Below are positions 38,947 through 48,715 of a DNA stretch of 64,000 bases, in pieces. This stretch comes from Treponema sp. (GTDB lineage Bacteria > Spirochaetota > Spirochaetia > Treponematales > Treponemataceae), in assembly GCA_002749205.1 (NCBI GenBank), contig PDOP01000031.1, positions 35,603 to 99,602 of the forward strand, written 5' to 3'. The translations under genes and the position numbers were made by a program. The notes below the pieces were generated by a model that saw only the letters and a program-made list of their open reading frames with translations, was not told where the DNA came from and searched no databases. How positions within the stretch are numbered: the first letter of the stretch is position 1; every line of letters starts with the position of its first letter.

Positions 38947-40341
38947 ATGGATGCATATTTAGAAAAAGTTTCAAAAGCTTTAGAAGAAAAAAAACAGTAT
39001 TTAAATAATGAAGAACTTTTAAAAATGCGGGATCATTATGTTCTTCAAGCAAGTGCAACAAAGGGTATATTGGATATTTTATTACAAAAAAGGCTGGTTC
39101 ACAACGATCCTTATACTTACGACAGTAAAATGACTGAAATTGAATTGCCTGAGGTTTCCAAGTTTTCAGACGGTGAGAAGGCAAGTGTAATAGGGACGCG
39201 CCTTTCTCATTATGTAACAATGCTTGAATTTTTGAACACGCATTATCAGTTTAAATGTGAGTTTTTAAATCCCAAACGCATATCTTTGCTTCAATCGCTG
39301 AATAATGTTTTCTTGTGGGACGATTTTTCGGATAAAACAAGTAGTCCTAATACGACAAATTTAGCAATAATTTTGGAAGCAATATTCAATTCACCGGATA
39401 AACTTTCTGCAAACCTTGTACGCAATTCCGTTGCCCAGATGGGAAAAACCTTAAAAAGCATCAGAAAAATTATTTCAGAGCTGGAAATATACCAAAAGGA
39501 AAAATACAAACTAATTATTAAAATGAAAGTTTTTCCCGAAATCCCAGATTCCAAAAAAACACAAGGAATGGAAATAATTTACAAAGAAATAAAAAAACTG
39601 TTTTCCAGCAAATTCAGAAAAAACGCATTCTATAAAAACTTTATTATTGAAGCTATTGAAGAAGAATTTGGACCGAATGCAGAAAGTTTAAAAACGGCTT
39701 TACTGCAAAAATTGGCATCAACACAAAAACAGAATAACGAAACAGAAGAAGAGCAGGAAACAGATCTTAAACCAATTATTATCTCCGGTTTAAAGGTTCT
39801 TGCAAATTCTTCAACTCAACTAAAATTAGTACTTGAAAAAATAGAAAAAAACTCGGAAATAATTAAAAAAGGCTCAGGCGGGTTATTTACGAAATTTATC
39901 AGACTTTTAAGATTAGCATTTAACATAAAAGAACCTGAACAGGACATTACTGTTGTAATTAATGATCCAATCACACAGTCAAAAAAGAAACATACAATAA
40001 ACCTGTCTGAGTTTAAAAATGATTTGAAACGCAAACTGAATATTTTCCAAAATATCTCCAACCCTGCCTCGCAAGTTCATAAAAAAATTCAACAAATACC
40101 GGAGCAGGATTTATTTGACAGTCTAAATCAATATATTCAAGATTGCAATAAACTCCTGTCTCAGATGACAGCCATCGATCAATATTACAAAACCGTAAAA
40201 CCGGAATTAAGAAGCCAAATACGGGGAATTAAACTGGAAATTACAGCGATAAAAAATTCTGTAATCAATGCAAACCAATACAGAGCTGAATACAGTTCCA
40301 CTGTTGAGGAAGAAGCTCAAATGAAACGGCTCGGTATATAA
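38947..40341 (+). CDS. hypothetical helical cytoplasmic protein
   Basis: 464-aa ORF with AGGTGA SD and upstream TTGATT-17-TATAAT; no motif recognised. Confidence 0.8.
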   Translation: MDAYLEKVSKALEEKKQYLNNEELLKMRDHYVLQASATKGILDILLQKRLVHNDPYTYDSKMTEIELPEVSKFSDGEKASVIGTRLSHYVTMLEFLNTHYQFKCEFLNPKRISLLQSLNNVFLWDDFSDKTSSPNTTNLAIILEAIFNSPDKLSANLVRNSVAQMGKTLKSIRKIISELEIYQKEKYKLIIKMKVFPEIPDSKKTQGMEIIYKEIKKLFSSKFRKNAFYKNFIIEAIEEEFGPNAESLKTALLQKLASTQKQNNETEEEQETDLKPIIISGLKVLANSSTQLKLVLEKIEKNSEIIKKGSGGLFTKFIRLLRLAFNIKEPEQDITVVINDPITQSKKKHTINLSEFKNDLKRKLNIFQNISNPASQVHKKIQQIPEQDLFDSLNQYIQDCNKLLSQMTAIDQYYKTVKPELRSQIRGIKLEITAIKNSVINANQYRAEYSSTVEEEAQMKRLGI

Positions 40342-40359
40342 ATTTACAAGGACACTTCA

Positions 40360-41961
40360 ATGAAAATAAAAAAACATTTTTTATGGTTATTTTCCATACT
40401 TATTCTATCCATTATTACGGCAAATCCTGTTTTTGCAAAAACATCCGAAAAAGAATTCGTTATACACATTTCAGATGATATACCGTTAATGCACCCACAA
40501 GTCGCAAACAGCGTTGTCAGCGCCCAAATTCTAACAGGGCTTTGTGAAGGATTATTTGTTTATGACCCTTACACCTGTAAACCTGTACCGGCATTAGCCG
40601 AATCGTGGACAGAAAACGGAAAAACATGGAAATTCCAAATACGCAAAAATGCCAAATTTGAAAACGGCGATTTAATTACTGCCCATACCATACAAACAGC
40701 TTGGTTAAACATACTTGACCCAAAAGTTAATTACCCGTTTGCTTCTCTTTTAGACTGCATAAAAGGTGCCCAAAACTACCGTTTAGGCAAAAATAAAGAC
40801 AAAAACTCGGTTGCAATCAATGTTGAAAATGATTTTACACTAATTGTTACTTTAACAGTTCCTACACAACATTTTGCAAAAATTCTTTGCCACCATGCTT
40901 TTTCCGCTGTACATCCGACACAATTAGATGACGGTAAAAAACATCTTGGAAAATATGTCTTAAAGAACTCAAAAAATGCTTTTATTCCGATCTCAAACGG
41001 CCCTTTCAAAGTTGAAACTTACAACAAAGATTTAATAAAGTTTGTAAAAAACCCCAAATACTGGGACAAAGATTCTGTTGAGCTTGATGTAATTTTAATC
41101 AAAATGAATATGAAGCCCGATGATATTACAGACGCGTTTAACAGAGGTGAAATTCATTGGACAAACAGCAGTGCAAATATAAACGATATAGTCGGATATA
41201 ATACAATTCAATATAGCCCCGGTTTTTCAACCGAATACTTGTTCTTCAAGGTTGAAGAAAGCCCCTTAAACAATGCAGAATTTCGAAAAGCATTGCTTTT
41301 AGCCATTCCGTACAAAGAGCTTAGAAAAGGCTATTTACTTCCTGCAAGCACATTAATTTTTCCGCTTATAGGATACCCTAAGATAAAAGGAATTGAGGAA
41401 TACAATAAACCTCAGGCAAAACAAATTATTGAAAAGCTTAATCTTAACGAAAAAGATAAAACGGTGAAAATAAAATTTCCGGATACAAGCTATCACAAAG
41501 AGCTTGCAAATATTCTCAAAAATGCTTGGACAGAAATAGGGTTGCAAGTTGAACTTGACTTTGTAAACTATTCAAAATACTATCCGAGTATTCAAAAATC
41601 CGGCTACCATTTGGCAACTATGACATGGGTTGGCGACTTTGCAGACCCTATTGCATTTTTGGAATTGTTTAAAAAAAGCTCCGGTCTAAATGACAGCAAA
41701 TGGAAAAACGATGATTTTGAAAAACTCATTATGAAGGCAAACTCCGAGTACAAACAAAAAGAAAGATATGAGCTTTTAGCTGAAGCAGAACAAATTCTTT
41801 TGGATAGTTCGGTTATTATTCCAATTTCTCACAGTCCGTCAATAAATATTATTGACCTGTCTACCCTTTCAGGCTGGTACTCCAATCCGCTTAATATTCA
41901 TCCGTTTAAGTTTATAAAATTCGTACCGCCGAAAATGTTACCCGGAATTGTAAAGCGCTAA
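40360..41961 (+). CDS. oppA: peptide ABC transporter substrate-binding protein
   Basis: signal peptide; EGLFVYD, PALAESW, FENGDLITA, NGPFKV, WVGDFADP. Confidence 0.85.
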   Translation: MKIKKHFLWLFSILILSIITANPVFAKTSEKEFVIHISDDIPLMHPQVANSVVSAQILTGLCEGLFVYDPYTCKPVPALAESWTENGKTWKFQIRKNAKFENGDLITAHTIQTAWLNILDPKVNYPFASLLDCIKGAQNYRLGKNKDKNSVAINVENDFTLIVTLTVPTQHFAKILCHHAFSAVHPTQLDDGKKHLGKYVLKNSKNAFIPISNGPFKVETYNKDLIKFVKNPKYWDKDSVELDVILIKMNMKPDDITDAFNRGEIHWTNSSANINDIVGYNTIQYSPGFSTEYLFFKVEESPLNNAEFRKALLLAIPYKELRKGYLLPASTLIFPLIGYPKIKGIEEYNKPQAKQIIEKLNLNEKDKTVKIKFPDTSYHKELANILKNAWTEIGLQVELDFVNYSKYYPSIQKSGYHLATMTWVGDFADPIAFLELFKKSSGLNDSKWKNDDFEKLIMKANSEYKQKERYELLAEAEQILLDSSVIIPISHSPSINIIDLSTLSGWYSNPLNIHPFKFIKFVPPKMLPGIVKR

Positions 41962-41998
41962 AACATTTACAGGTATTCTCTATTTGACAATAAGTATA

Positions 41999-43342
41999 TT
42001 AAAGCAATGCATTTATGTGTTTTTTTGCTTCTCCGACAAGATAAAACGAGCCTGTAATCAATAAAGGCTTGTTAGTGTTACGACTAAAGATATAAGCCTC
42101 TTTTATGACTTCGTCAAAATTATAGGATACACTTAATGCTGTATTAGAGTCAATTAAGTGTTTATTAAAATCATCGGTTGTTTTACTCAAATTGCTTGCT
42201 TTAAAATCTCCCGGTATTGTTAAATAAATTTTTGAAAACTTACCTGAAAAAAGAGGCGCAATCATTTCAGTATTCTTATCTTTCGCTGCTGCAAAAACCA
42301 AAATACCGTCATCTCTTTTAACAAGGCTTAAATATGCTTTTAAGCAATATTGTATACTTTGCATAGTATGAGCACCATCAAGTACAACAAACGGGGCATT
42401 TTTTATAACTTCAAAACGCCCCTGCAAAGAAGCATTTTTTAAACCGGTTTCAATTACAGTCTCATCAATATCATGAAATAAATACTTAATGACAGATGCC
42501 GCAATACAAGCATTCATACCCTGAACTTCATCAAAAAAAGGCAGAGTTGTTTCAATGGGGCGTGAAAATAAAATGCCAACAGGATTATTTTTGCTGAATT
42601 TCAAAGTTATATTTCCACCCTCTTTTGAAATATCAAACTGAAATTCATCAATAATTTCGGGAAGATAAAAAAAAGGAGCCTTTTTTTTATCCGCTATTTC
42701 TTTAAAAACTTGCAAAGCGGCTTCTTGTTGTGTAAAACAAAAAACCGGCACTTGAGGTTTAATTATCCCTGCCTTTTCAAAAGCTATCTCTTCGATTGAA
42801 TTACCTAAAATTCCGCAATGCTCCAGTTCAATTGGCATAAGTACGCAAACACAAGGCGCAATAATATTTGTACTGTCCAAACGCCCGCCTATACCGGTTT
42901 CAAAAACTCCCCAATCAAGGTTTTCTTCCCGGAAAAGCAAAAAAGCCAGCATTGTTACAATTTCAAACCAAGCAGGTTTGAAATAGACTCCTTCGGCAAG
43001 CATGGCATTAAAGCTTGAAATAATTTTGCCGTAAGCAGATGAATACTTTTTTTCGTCAAAAAAAGCACCTGCCATTGTAATTCGCTCACGAAAGTCTACA
43101 ATATGCGGTGAAGTATAAAGGCCTGCAGTAAAACCTGCCTCGCGTAAAATACTTGCCAGCATTGTAGTTACAGAGCCTTTACCCTTAGATCCTGCAACAT
43201 GAATTGTACGATAGGCTAAATGCGGATTTCCAAAAAACTTAGCATATTCACTCATTCGTATTATATTTTTCTCAGGGTTTTTCACACAATTAAGAAACCC
43301 GTCAAGCCAAAGTTCAAACTGAGATGTAGAAATAAAATCCAT
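41999..43342 (-). CDS. folC: folylpolyglutamate synthase/dihydrofolate synthase
   Basis: IHVAGSKGKGS, YTSPH, ETGIGGRLDSTN, EKAGIIK, GRFE, DGAH, TGSFYLVGE. Confidence 0.95.
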   Translation of the reverse strand: MDFISTSQFELWLDGFLNCVKNPEKNIIRMSEYAKFFGNPHLAYRTIHVAGSKGKGSVTTMLASILREAGFTAGLYTSPHIVDFRERITMAGAFFDEKKYSSAYGKIISSFNAMLAEGVYFKPAWFEIVTMLAFLLFREENLDWGVFETGIGGRLDSTNIIAPCVCVLMPIELEHCGILGNSIEEIAFEKAGIIKPQVPVFCFTQQEAALQVFKEIADKKKAPFFYLPEIIDEFQFDISKEGGNITLKFSKNNPVGILFSRPIETTLPFFDEVQGMNACIAASVIKYLFHDIDETVIETGLKNASLQGRFEVIKNAPFVVLDGAHTMQSIQYCLKAYLSLVKRDDGILVFAAAKDKNTEMIAPLFSGKFSKIYLTIPGDFKASNLSKTTDDFNKHLIDSNTALSVSYNFDEVIKEAYIFSRNTNKPLLITGSFYLVGEAKKHINALL

Positions 43343-43458
43343 AAGCGGCAGTCTAAACGGTTTAAGAAATTATGTCAAGCTGTCAAAATCAAATTTGTTT
43401 TAATTCTCATTTAGCTTAACCTGATTTCCCACGAATTAGCGATTGCATGATAAAAAAC

Positions 43459-43655
43459 AGAATACCGGCCTGAATGAGAAAAATCACAAAAGTGATTTTT
43501 CTCAAACAATTTGCTTAACCTGATTTGGAGCGGCGAAGTCTATACTTCCGACTTCAAATATAATAAAGAAATGGAAGCTGACGGTAGGAAGATTCCGTTC
43601 ATTTTTGAAAGTAGAAGTCGGAAGATTATGCAAGCCGCTCGGGTTGGCGTTAAGC
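43459..43655 (+). repeat. family A element, copy 8 (full length)
   Basis: AGAATACCGG-hairpin-GCTTAACCTGATTTG-GAGCGGC-GAAGTCTATA-CTTCCGACTTC...GAAGTCGGAAG-ATTATGCAA-GCCGCTC-GGGTTGGC-GTTAAGC. Confidence 0.9.
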
Positions 43656-43672
43656 AAATTTTTATAAATTTG

Positions 43673-45109
43673 TTAAAGTTTATCAATCAACATTGAGCAT
43701 TTACCGGAAGGAATAGGCAATGTTTTTCGTTTTTCTCCGATAATATCAATTGTAAAATAATACAGCTTTTCGCTTTCCATGTGGATTTCCCAACCTCGAT
43801 TTGATTTAGTCGAAAGAATAGTTATAAGATTGCGCTTCAGACTCAGATTTTCGATACCCATAACTTCCATACTCGGAATAGTCCAACCAACTGTTTTTCG
43901 AGGCAGGCTTATATTCAAGCCGATAACATTTTCTATCATCAAACTGATAGTCGAAAGAGCCAATGTTAAAATATAATTCTTTCTGGGGAACCATGTATGG
44001 CGTGGCCATTCTGCCTTACCCTCTTTCATGGGATTATATGCCTCCCATAACGCCCTTTCCGTTTTGTTGTATTCATCAACATCGGTCGGCGAAAGTGTCT
44101 CCAGAACATAATAAATATGCCTTATGGCGCATTCTCGTGCCAAAGACCACCTATTATATTTTTCCAAGCCTTTAATAACGATGTAATTCAAATCAGGGAA
44201 CACACTTCCGCAATATCCGCCACCTTTATCCGAAAACTCAGGCTCATTCGCCGCTAAACTCGGAAAAGGATGTTCGCCACCGAAAATTTCAGGGTCGGAC
44301 AAATATGAAGCCATCTGCGCCGCCTTATCCTCATTCGGTATTTCAGCCAACAAAGGCCAATAACTTGCAAGCGTTCTGACGGGAACATGCTGCTCTTTTA
44401 CATCAAGGTCATAATAAAAACCCGAATCAGAATCCCACATCTTATCGTTAATTCTGGTTTTAAGCGTAAAATAAAGTTTTTTATACTGAAAAGACACTTC
44501 CTTGTCATTCAAAATATCGCCGAGTGCCGATAAATACAAAGCATTAATCGCCATCGCCGAATTGAAATCAATCAAAAAAGCCGCAGATTTTCTCGGTGAA
44601 TTAACCATTCTCGTAACCGCCAAAGGTGTTTTGTACAAGCCGTTTTTTTCCTTAAACAACTCAGCAATCCACTCCATATACTTCAACAGCACGGGAAGCA
44701 CATCTTTAACCCGCTTTTTATTGCCTGTTTTGTGATAAATATTATATTCAGCCCATGCAAAAAGCGGAATACCAAGCCCCTCAGGATTAGCCTTTGTCAA
44801 AACAGGCTTACCCGTCTTAATATCATATTTTTTGCGAATAGCGCCTGTGGCTTCCTGCTTTGCGTAAAAATAATCCAAATTAGCTTCGGCACTGTAATTC
44901 CGGTTTGAATAAACCAAAAAAAATGTAGAAAAAATTGAAGGATACTGCTCAATAAAATCCCCGTCGTCTTCGCTGTAGACAAAATACTTTTCGTCCCCTT
45001 TTCCCGAGCCGGACATCCAATAATCATTCACCCTATCCCAAGTCTTATCATAAATATCCACAAAATCCTGATCATAAAAATGAATTCGCGGAAAATCTGT
45101 TCTATTCAC
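43673..45109 (-). CDS. MGH1/trehalase-like (alpha/alpha)6 glycoside hydrolase family protein
   Basis: PLFAWAEY, DFNSAMA, MWDSDSGFYYD, GYCGSVFP, LWEAYNP; family assignment from recognition only. Confidence 0.65.
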   Translation of the reverse strand: MNRTDFPRIHFYDQDFVDIYDKTWDRVNDYWMSGSGKGDEKYFVYSEDDGDFIEQYPSIFSTFFLVYSNRNYSAEANLDYFYAKQEATGAIRKKYDIKTGKPVLTKANPEGLGIPLFAWAEYNIYHKTGNKKRVKDVLPVLLKYMEWIAELFKEKNGLYKTPLAVTRMVNSPRKSAAFLIDFNSAMAINALYLSALGDILNDKEVSFQYKKLYFTLKTRINDKMWDSDSGFYYDLDVKEQHVPVRTLASYWPLLAEIPNEDKAAQMASYLSDPEIFGGEHPFPSLAANEPEFSDKGGGYCGSVFPDLNYIVIKGLEKYNRWSLARECAIRHIYYVLETLSPTDVDEYNKTERALWEAYNPMKEGKAEWPRHTWFPRKNYILTLALSTISLMIENVIGLNISLPRKTVGWTIPSMEVMGIENLSLKRNLITILSTKSNRGWEIHMESEKLYYFTIDIIGEKRKTLPIPSGKCSMLIDKL

Positions 45110-45209
45110 TACTACTCCTTAAAAAAAGCACCTAATAATTATAACATACTTTTTTAAAAAAATATACTAAAATTTCAAAAATAAACAAAATTTTTGTCGC
45201 TATTCGCTC

Positions 45210-45392
45210 CCAACCCTCGCCTACCTTGTATCTTTTGGGCTTTTCTTTTTTTTATAAAAGTCGTTTTCCCTCCGGTCAACCGACTTTTCCGACAAACTAA
45301 ATCGCCCAAAAGGATACCGGTAGTCTCAAAATCAGGCTAAGTGTATAAGAAAAATCAAAAATTGATTTTTCTCCAATACCCTCCGGTATTCT
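45210..45392 (-). repeat. family A element, copy 9 (variant subfamily)
   Basis: minus strand: AGAATACCGG..ACTTAGCCTGATTT..CTACC-GGTATC-CTTTTGGGC...GCCCAAAAG-ATACAA-GGTAG..GGGTTGG. Confidence 0.85.
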
Positions 45393-45410
45393 TAAATACT
45401 CCCTAAAAGA

Positions 45411-47480
45411 TTAAAGCCCGCCTTGTTTTACTTCAAAATGGCTGAATGTCATCGAAAAAGATGCACGCCCTTGAGTAACAGACCTGAGGGCGGTTGAAAA
45501 ACCGAACATCTTAGCCATAGGAGCTTGTGCATGAATAATATCTGTTTCACCTTTTGCATCGCTTCCGGAAATCATACCACCCCTTTGTGTAATTTGACTC
45601 ATAGCCTCACCGACAAATTCTTTGGGTGCAGAAATATCAACATCCATAACAGGCTCAAGCAACACAGGTGTTGCATTACTACAAGCATTGTCAAAACACA
45701 TAGAAGTAGCCGCTTCAAAAGCAAAAGGTGTTGAAGTAAGCTCATTATATTCTGCCGCAACAAGTGTAACACCAAGGTCGGCACATTGATAGCCGTACCT
45801 TATCCCCGATGAAAAACACGATTCAACACTGTGTGCAATCGCATTATAAATGTCTTCAGGGATTGAATTAGCCGCATTAAATGCCCCGCTTTTTTGGGAT
45901 ATTTTTTTAACCTCTGATTTAAAAACATTTCCCGTACCGCGTGGTAACGGCTCTACTTTTAAAGTAACCCCTGCAGTATTTTCTTTTCCCGCCAAAACCT
46001 TCGTATAATTTTCTGTGGCGGTATTTTCAGATGAAACAGACTCGCGATATGTAACCTGCGGATTTCCAATTCGTGCAGACACATTAAAATCCTGTAACAT
46101 TCTGGTTGTCAGCACCTCTATATGAAGCTCGCCCATTCCCGAAATAATCAATTGCCCTGTTTCAGCATCTTCCCTTCCTGTAAAAGTAGGATCATCTTTG
46201 GCTAAAATTTCAAGCACCGATTTAAGTTTTTCTCTGTCCGACAAACTCTTAGGCTCTATGGCAACGGAAATAACCGGCTCAGGAAAATTCATGCTTTCCA
46301 GTAATATAGGCATGCCTTCAGCGGCAAGAGTATCCCCTGTTTGTGCTAATTTTAGACCAATTAAAACAGCTATATCGCCTGCACTCACAGAATCAATTTG
46401 CTCTGACTTATTTGAATGCATTCTTAAAATACGGTTCACCCTTTCCCGCTTTTTTTTGCCGACATTAAAAATCTGCTCACCGGTTTTTATTTTACCCGAA
46501 TACATTCGTACATAGCATAGAGTACCGGCTTCTTTTTCATACTGTGTTTTAAAAACAACCCCAACCGGCACACCGTCTGTCTTACAAGGCACAGATACAG
46601 ACTCCTCTTTTTTGGTATGCAGACCCATTGCAGGAATAACTTCATCAGGTGCCGGAAGATAATCTACAATCGCATCTATCACCGGCTGAATTCCGATATT
46701 CTTTCTGGCAGAGCCGCATAAAAACGGAACAAACGATTGGGCTAAAACCCCTTTTCTGATTTCACTTTTTAAAAGTTCAATCGGCACTTCCTCTCCTTCA
46801 AGCACCATTTCCATAATCTCGTCAGAAAAAGACGAAACAGCATCGAGCAACAACTCCCGATGCGTTTGAGCCTCTTGGAGATGCTCATCTGAAACAGGAA
46901 TTACTTCAAATTTTTCGCCGTCAGTAGAAGCGTCCCAGTATATTTCCTGCATTGAAATTAAATCAATCACACCTGTAAACCTGTCAGATGCGCCTATTGG
47001 AATTTGAAGCGGAGCAACTTCAACACCGAATTTAGTTTTAACATCTTCCATTGCGGCAAAAAAATCGGCACCCAGCCTGTCCATTTTATTTACAAAGCAA
47101 ATCCTTGGAACCTTATATACATCTGCCTGCCGCCAAACAGTTTCGGTCTGTGGCTGAACCCCGCCAACCGCACATAATACGGCAACAGCCCCATCCAACA
47201 CACGCAAAGAGCGTTCAACTTCGGCGGTAAAATCAACATGACCGGGAGTATCGATAATGTTAATCTGGAAATCTTTCCAAAAAGTTGTCGTAGCAGCAGA
47301 TTGAATTGTAATACCTCTGTCCTGTTCCTGTTGCATCCAATCCATAGCCGCTTCACCATCGTCAATTTCGCCAATTCGATGGATTTTACCCGTATAAAAT
47401 AAAATTCTCTCTGTTGTAGTTGTTTTACCGGCATCGATATGCGCCATAATACCGATGTTTCTCATTTTCTCAAGCAACAT
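45411..47480 (-). CDS. fusA: elongation factor G paralogue (EF-G2-type)
   Basis: [33 protein letters not shown]; not in an rpsL-rpsG context. Confidence 0.93.
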   Translation of the reverse strand: MLLEKMRNIGIMAHIDAGKTTTTERILFYTGKIHRIGEIDDGEAAMDWMQQEQDRGITIQSAATTTFWKDFQINIIDTPGHVDFTAEVERSLRVLDGAVAVLCAVGGVQPQTETVWRQADVYKVPRICFVNKMDRLGADFFAAMEDVKTKFGVEVAPLQIPIGASDRFTGVIDLISMQEIYWDASTDGEKFEVIPVSDEHLQEAQTHRELLLDAVSSFSDEIMEMVLEGEEVPIELLKSEIRKGVLAQSFVPFLCGSARKNIGIQPVIDAIVDYLPAPDEVIPAMGLHTKKEESVSVPCKTDGVPVGVVFKTQYEKEAGTLCYVRMYSGKIKTGEQIFNVGKKKRERVNRILRMHSNKSEQIDSVSAGDIAVLIGLKLAQTGDTLAAEGMPILLESMNFPEPVISVAIEPKSLSDREKLKSVLEILAKDDPTFTGREDAETGQLIISGMGELHIEVLTTRMLQDFNVSARIGNPQVTYRESVSSENTATENYTKVLAGKENTAGVTLKVEPLPRGTGNVFKSEVKKISQKSGAFNAANSIPEDIYNAIAHSVESCFSSGIRYGYQCADLGVTLVAAEYNELTSTPFAFEAATSMCFDNACSNATPVLLEPVMDVDISAPKEFVGEAMSQITQRGGMISGSDAKGETDIIHAQAPMAKMFGFSTALRSVTQGRASFSMTFSHFEVKQGGL

Positions 47481-47543
47481 AATACCTCACAATAAATTTA
47501 CTGATTAATTTTTTTTAAAGCTTTTTAACCTTTACAATATCAA

Positions 47544-48332
47544 CTATAACGCTTCAATTTCTTTTTGAGATAGCCCTGTTGCCTGCTCAATTTTCGCAAT
47601 GTCCACACCCAATAATTTGAAATTTCTCGCAACTTCAATTTTACCTTCCTTGCGACCTTCCTGTATGCCTTTTTGCCTTCCCTCATACAAAACATCCATT
47701 TCAAAGCCGGACATAAGCCTGTATTCTTGGCGAGCGCCTTCATTTTCCTTTATTATTGTTATCATATTTGCTATCCTCCCTGTAAATTCGGTAGTTGCTT
47801 CTCCGGTTTTAATGTATTCCAAAAAACCTCTTAGCTCCTTATTTTCAGTTTGACTAAACGCTGCTGCATTTACTATAATCTTACTTAATCCGTCTTTAAG
47901 CTCTATCGTATTATCCTCGCTACAACGAGTCTTAAACGAATACACAGGCAAACCTGCCTTTAAATAATCAAATTTGCAGATAAAGATTATATATGAGTCA
48001 ACAAGTTCACTATAATGACAACCTTTATCCAAAGAGCTTAAATCAATTGCAGACTGGTAATACCTCATACGCTTGGCAAGATCATTTTTATCGGTTGTTT
48101 GCATCTCTATATCATAAACATTTCCGCTTTCATCTTTTGCCAATATATCAAGGCGAATACCTTTGGCATAACTTGCATGCTCTACGTGTCTTTGAAAATC
48201 AATTTCGGTTATTCTGTCAACTTTATCCGATAACAGTATATTTAAAAGTGTAAGGCAAATATCTTTATTCTGCATAACATGATAAAACATAAAATCATCA
48301 GTTATTGTCAAATCATCAAAACGCTTAAGCAT
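47544..48332 (-). CDS. Rpn family recombination-promoting nuclease / PD-(D/E)XK putative transposase
   Basis: TDDFMF, IRLDI, DIEMQ, KRMRYY, IIFIC, C-terminal EGRQKGIQEGRKEG..IEQATGLS. Confidence 0.88.
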   Translation of the reverse strand: MLKRFDDLTITDDFMFYHVMQNKDICLTLLNILLSDKVDRITEIDFQRHVEHASYAKGIRLDILAKDESGNVYDIEMQTTDKNDLAKRMRYYQSAIDLSSLDKGCHYSELVDSYIIFICKFDYLKAGLPVYSFKTRCSEDNTIELKDGLSKIIVNAAAFSQTENKELRGFLEYIKTGEATTEFTGRIANMITIIKENEGARQEYRLMSGFEMDVLYEGRQKGIQEGRKEGKIEVARNFKLLGVDIAKIEQATGLSQKEIEAL

Positions 48333-48438
48333 CGATTTACCTCACCGGATAATTATATCATAAAAAGACGTTTTTTTCAAGCTAAGTAACAGCACTTTTT
48401 AAAACAGCATTCAATTTCAAACCGGCGTGGTTTAAAAC

Positions 48439-48632
48439 AGAATACCTGCAAGAATTGAGAACTTATCAGACTTTCTGTCTGATAAGTTCTCATCATTCAC
48501 TCAACCTGATGTGGCGACCGAAGTCTATCCTTTCGTCCGATTATTAAATCGGAAAAGTCGGCTTCTTTTGAAAGAAGACGACGATTTAATTAAACAGTAA
48601 AGGACGGAAGATTATGCGAGGGAGCGGGTTGG
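48439..48632 (+). repeat. family A element, copy 10
   Basis: AGAATACCTG-hairpin-ACTCAACCTGATGTG..GAAGTCTATC-CTTTCGTCC...GGACGGAAG-ATTATGCGA..GGGTTGG. Confidence 0.88.
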
Positions 48633-48674
48633 ATGCAAAAGCGAAGGCAAGCCTTTGGCTTACCAAGCGTTGCA

Positions 48675-48710
48675 CAAAAAAAGGACACAGCCTCAAGCCA
48701 TGCCCTTCTA
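48675..48710 (-). terminator. intrinsic terminator of the P83/100 gene
   Basis: minus strand GGGCATGGC-TTGA-GGCTGTGTCC followed by a T run. Confidence 0.6.
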
Positions 48711-48715
48711 TTTTA

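Noticed and set aside
43513-43545. Hammerhead ribozyme reading of CTGA...GAA in family A
   Set aside because: CTGATTT lacks the CUGAnGA consensus, and the GAA follows the 5' arm of a stem rather than closing stem II.
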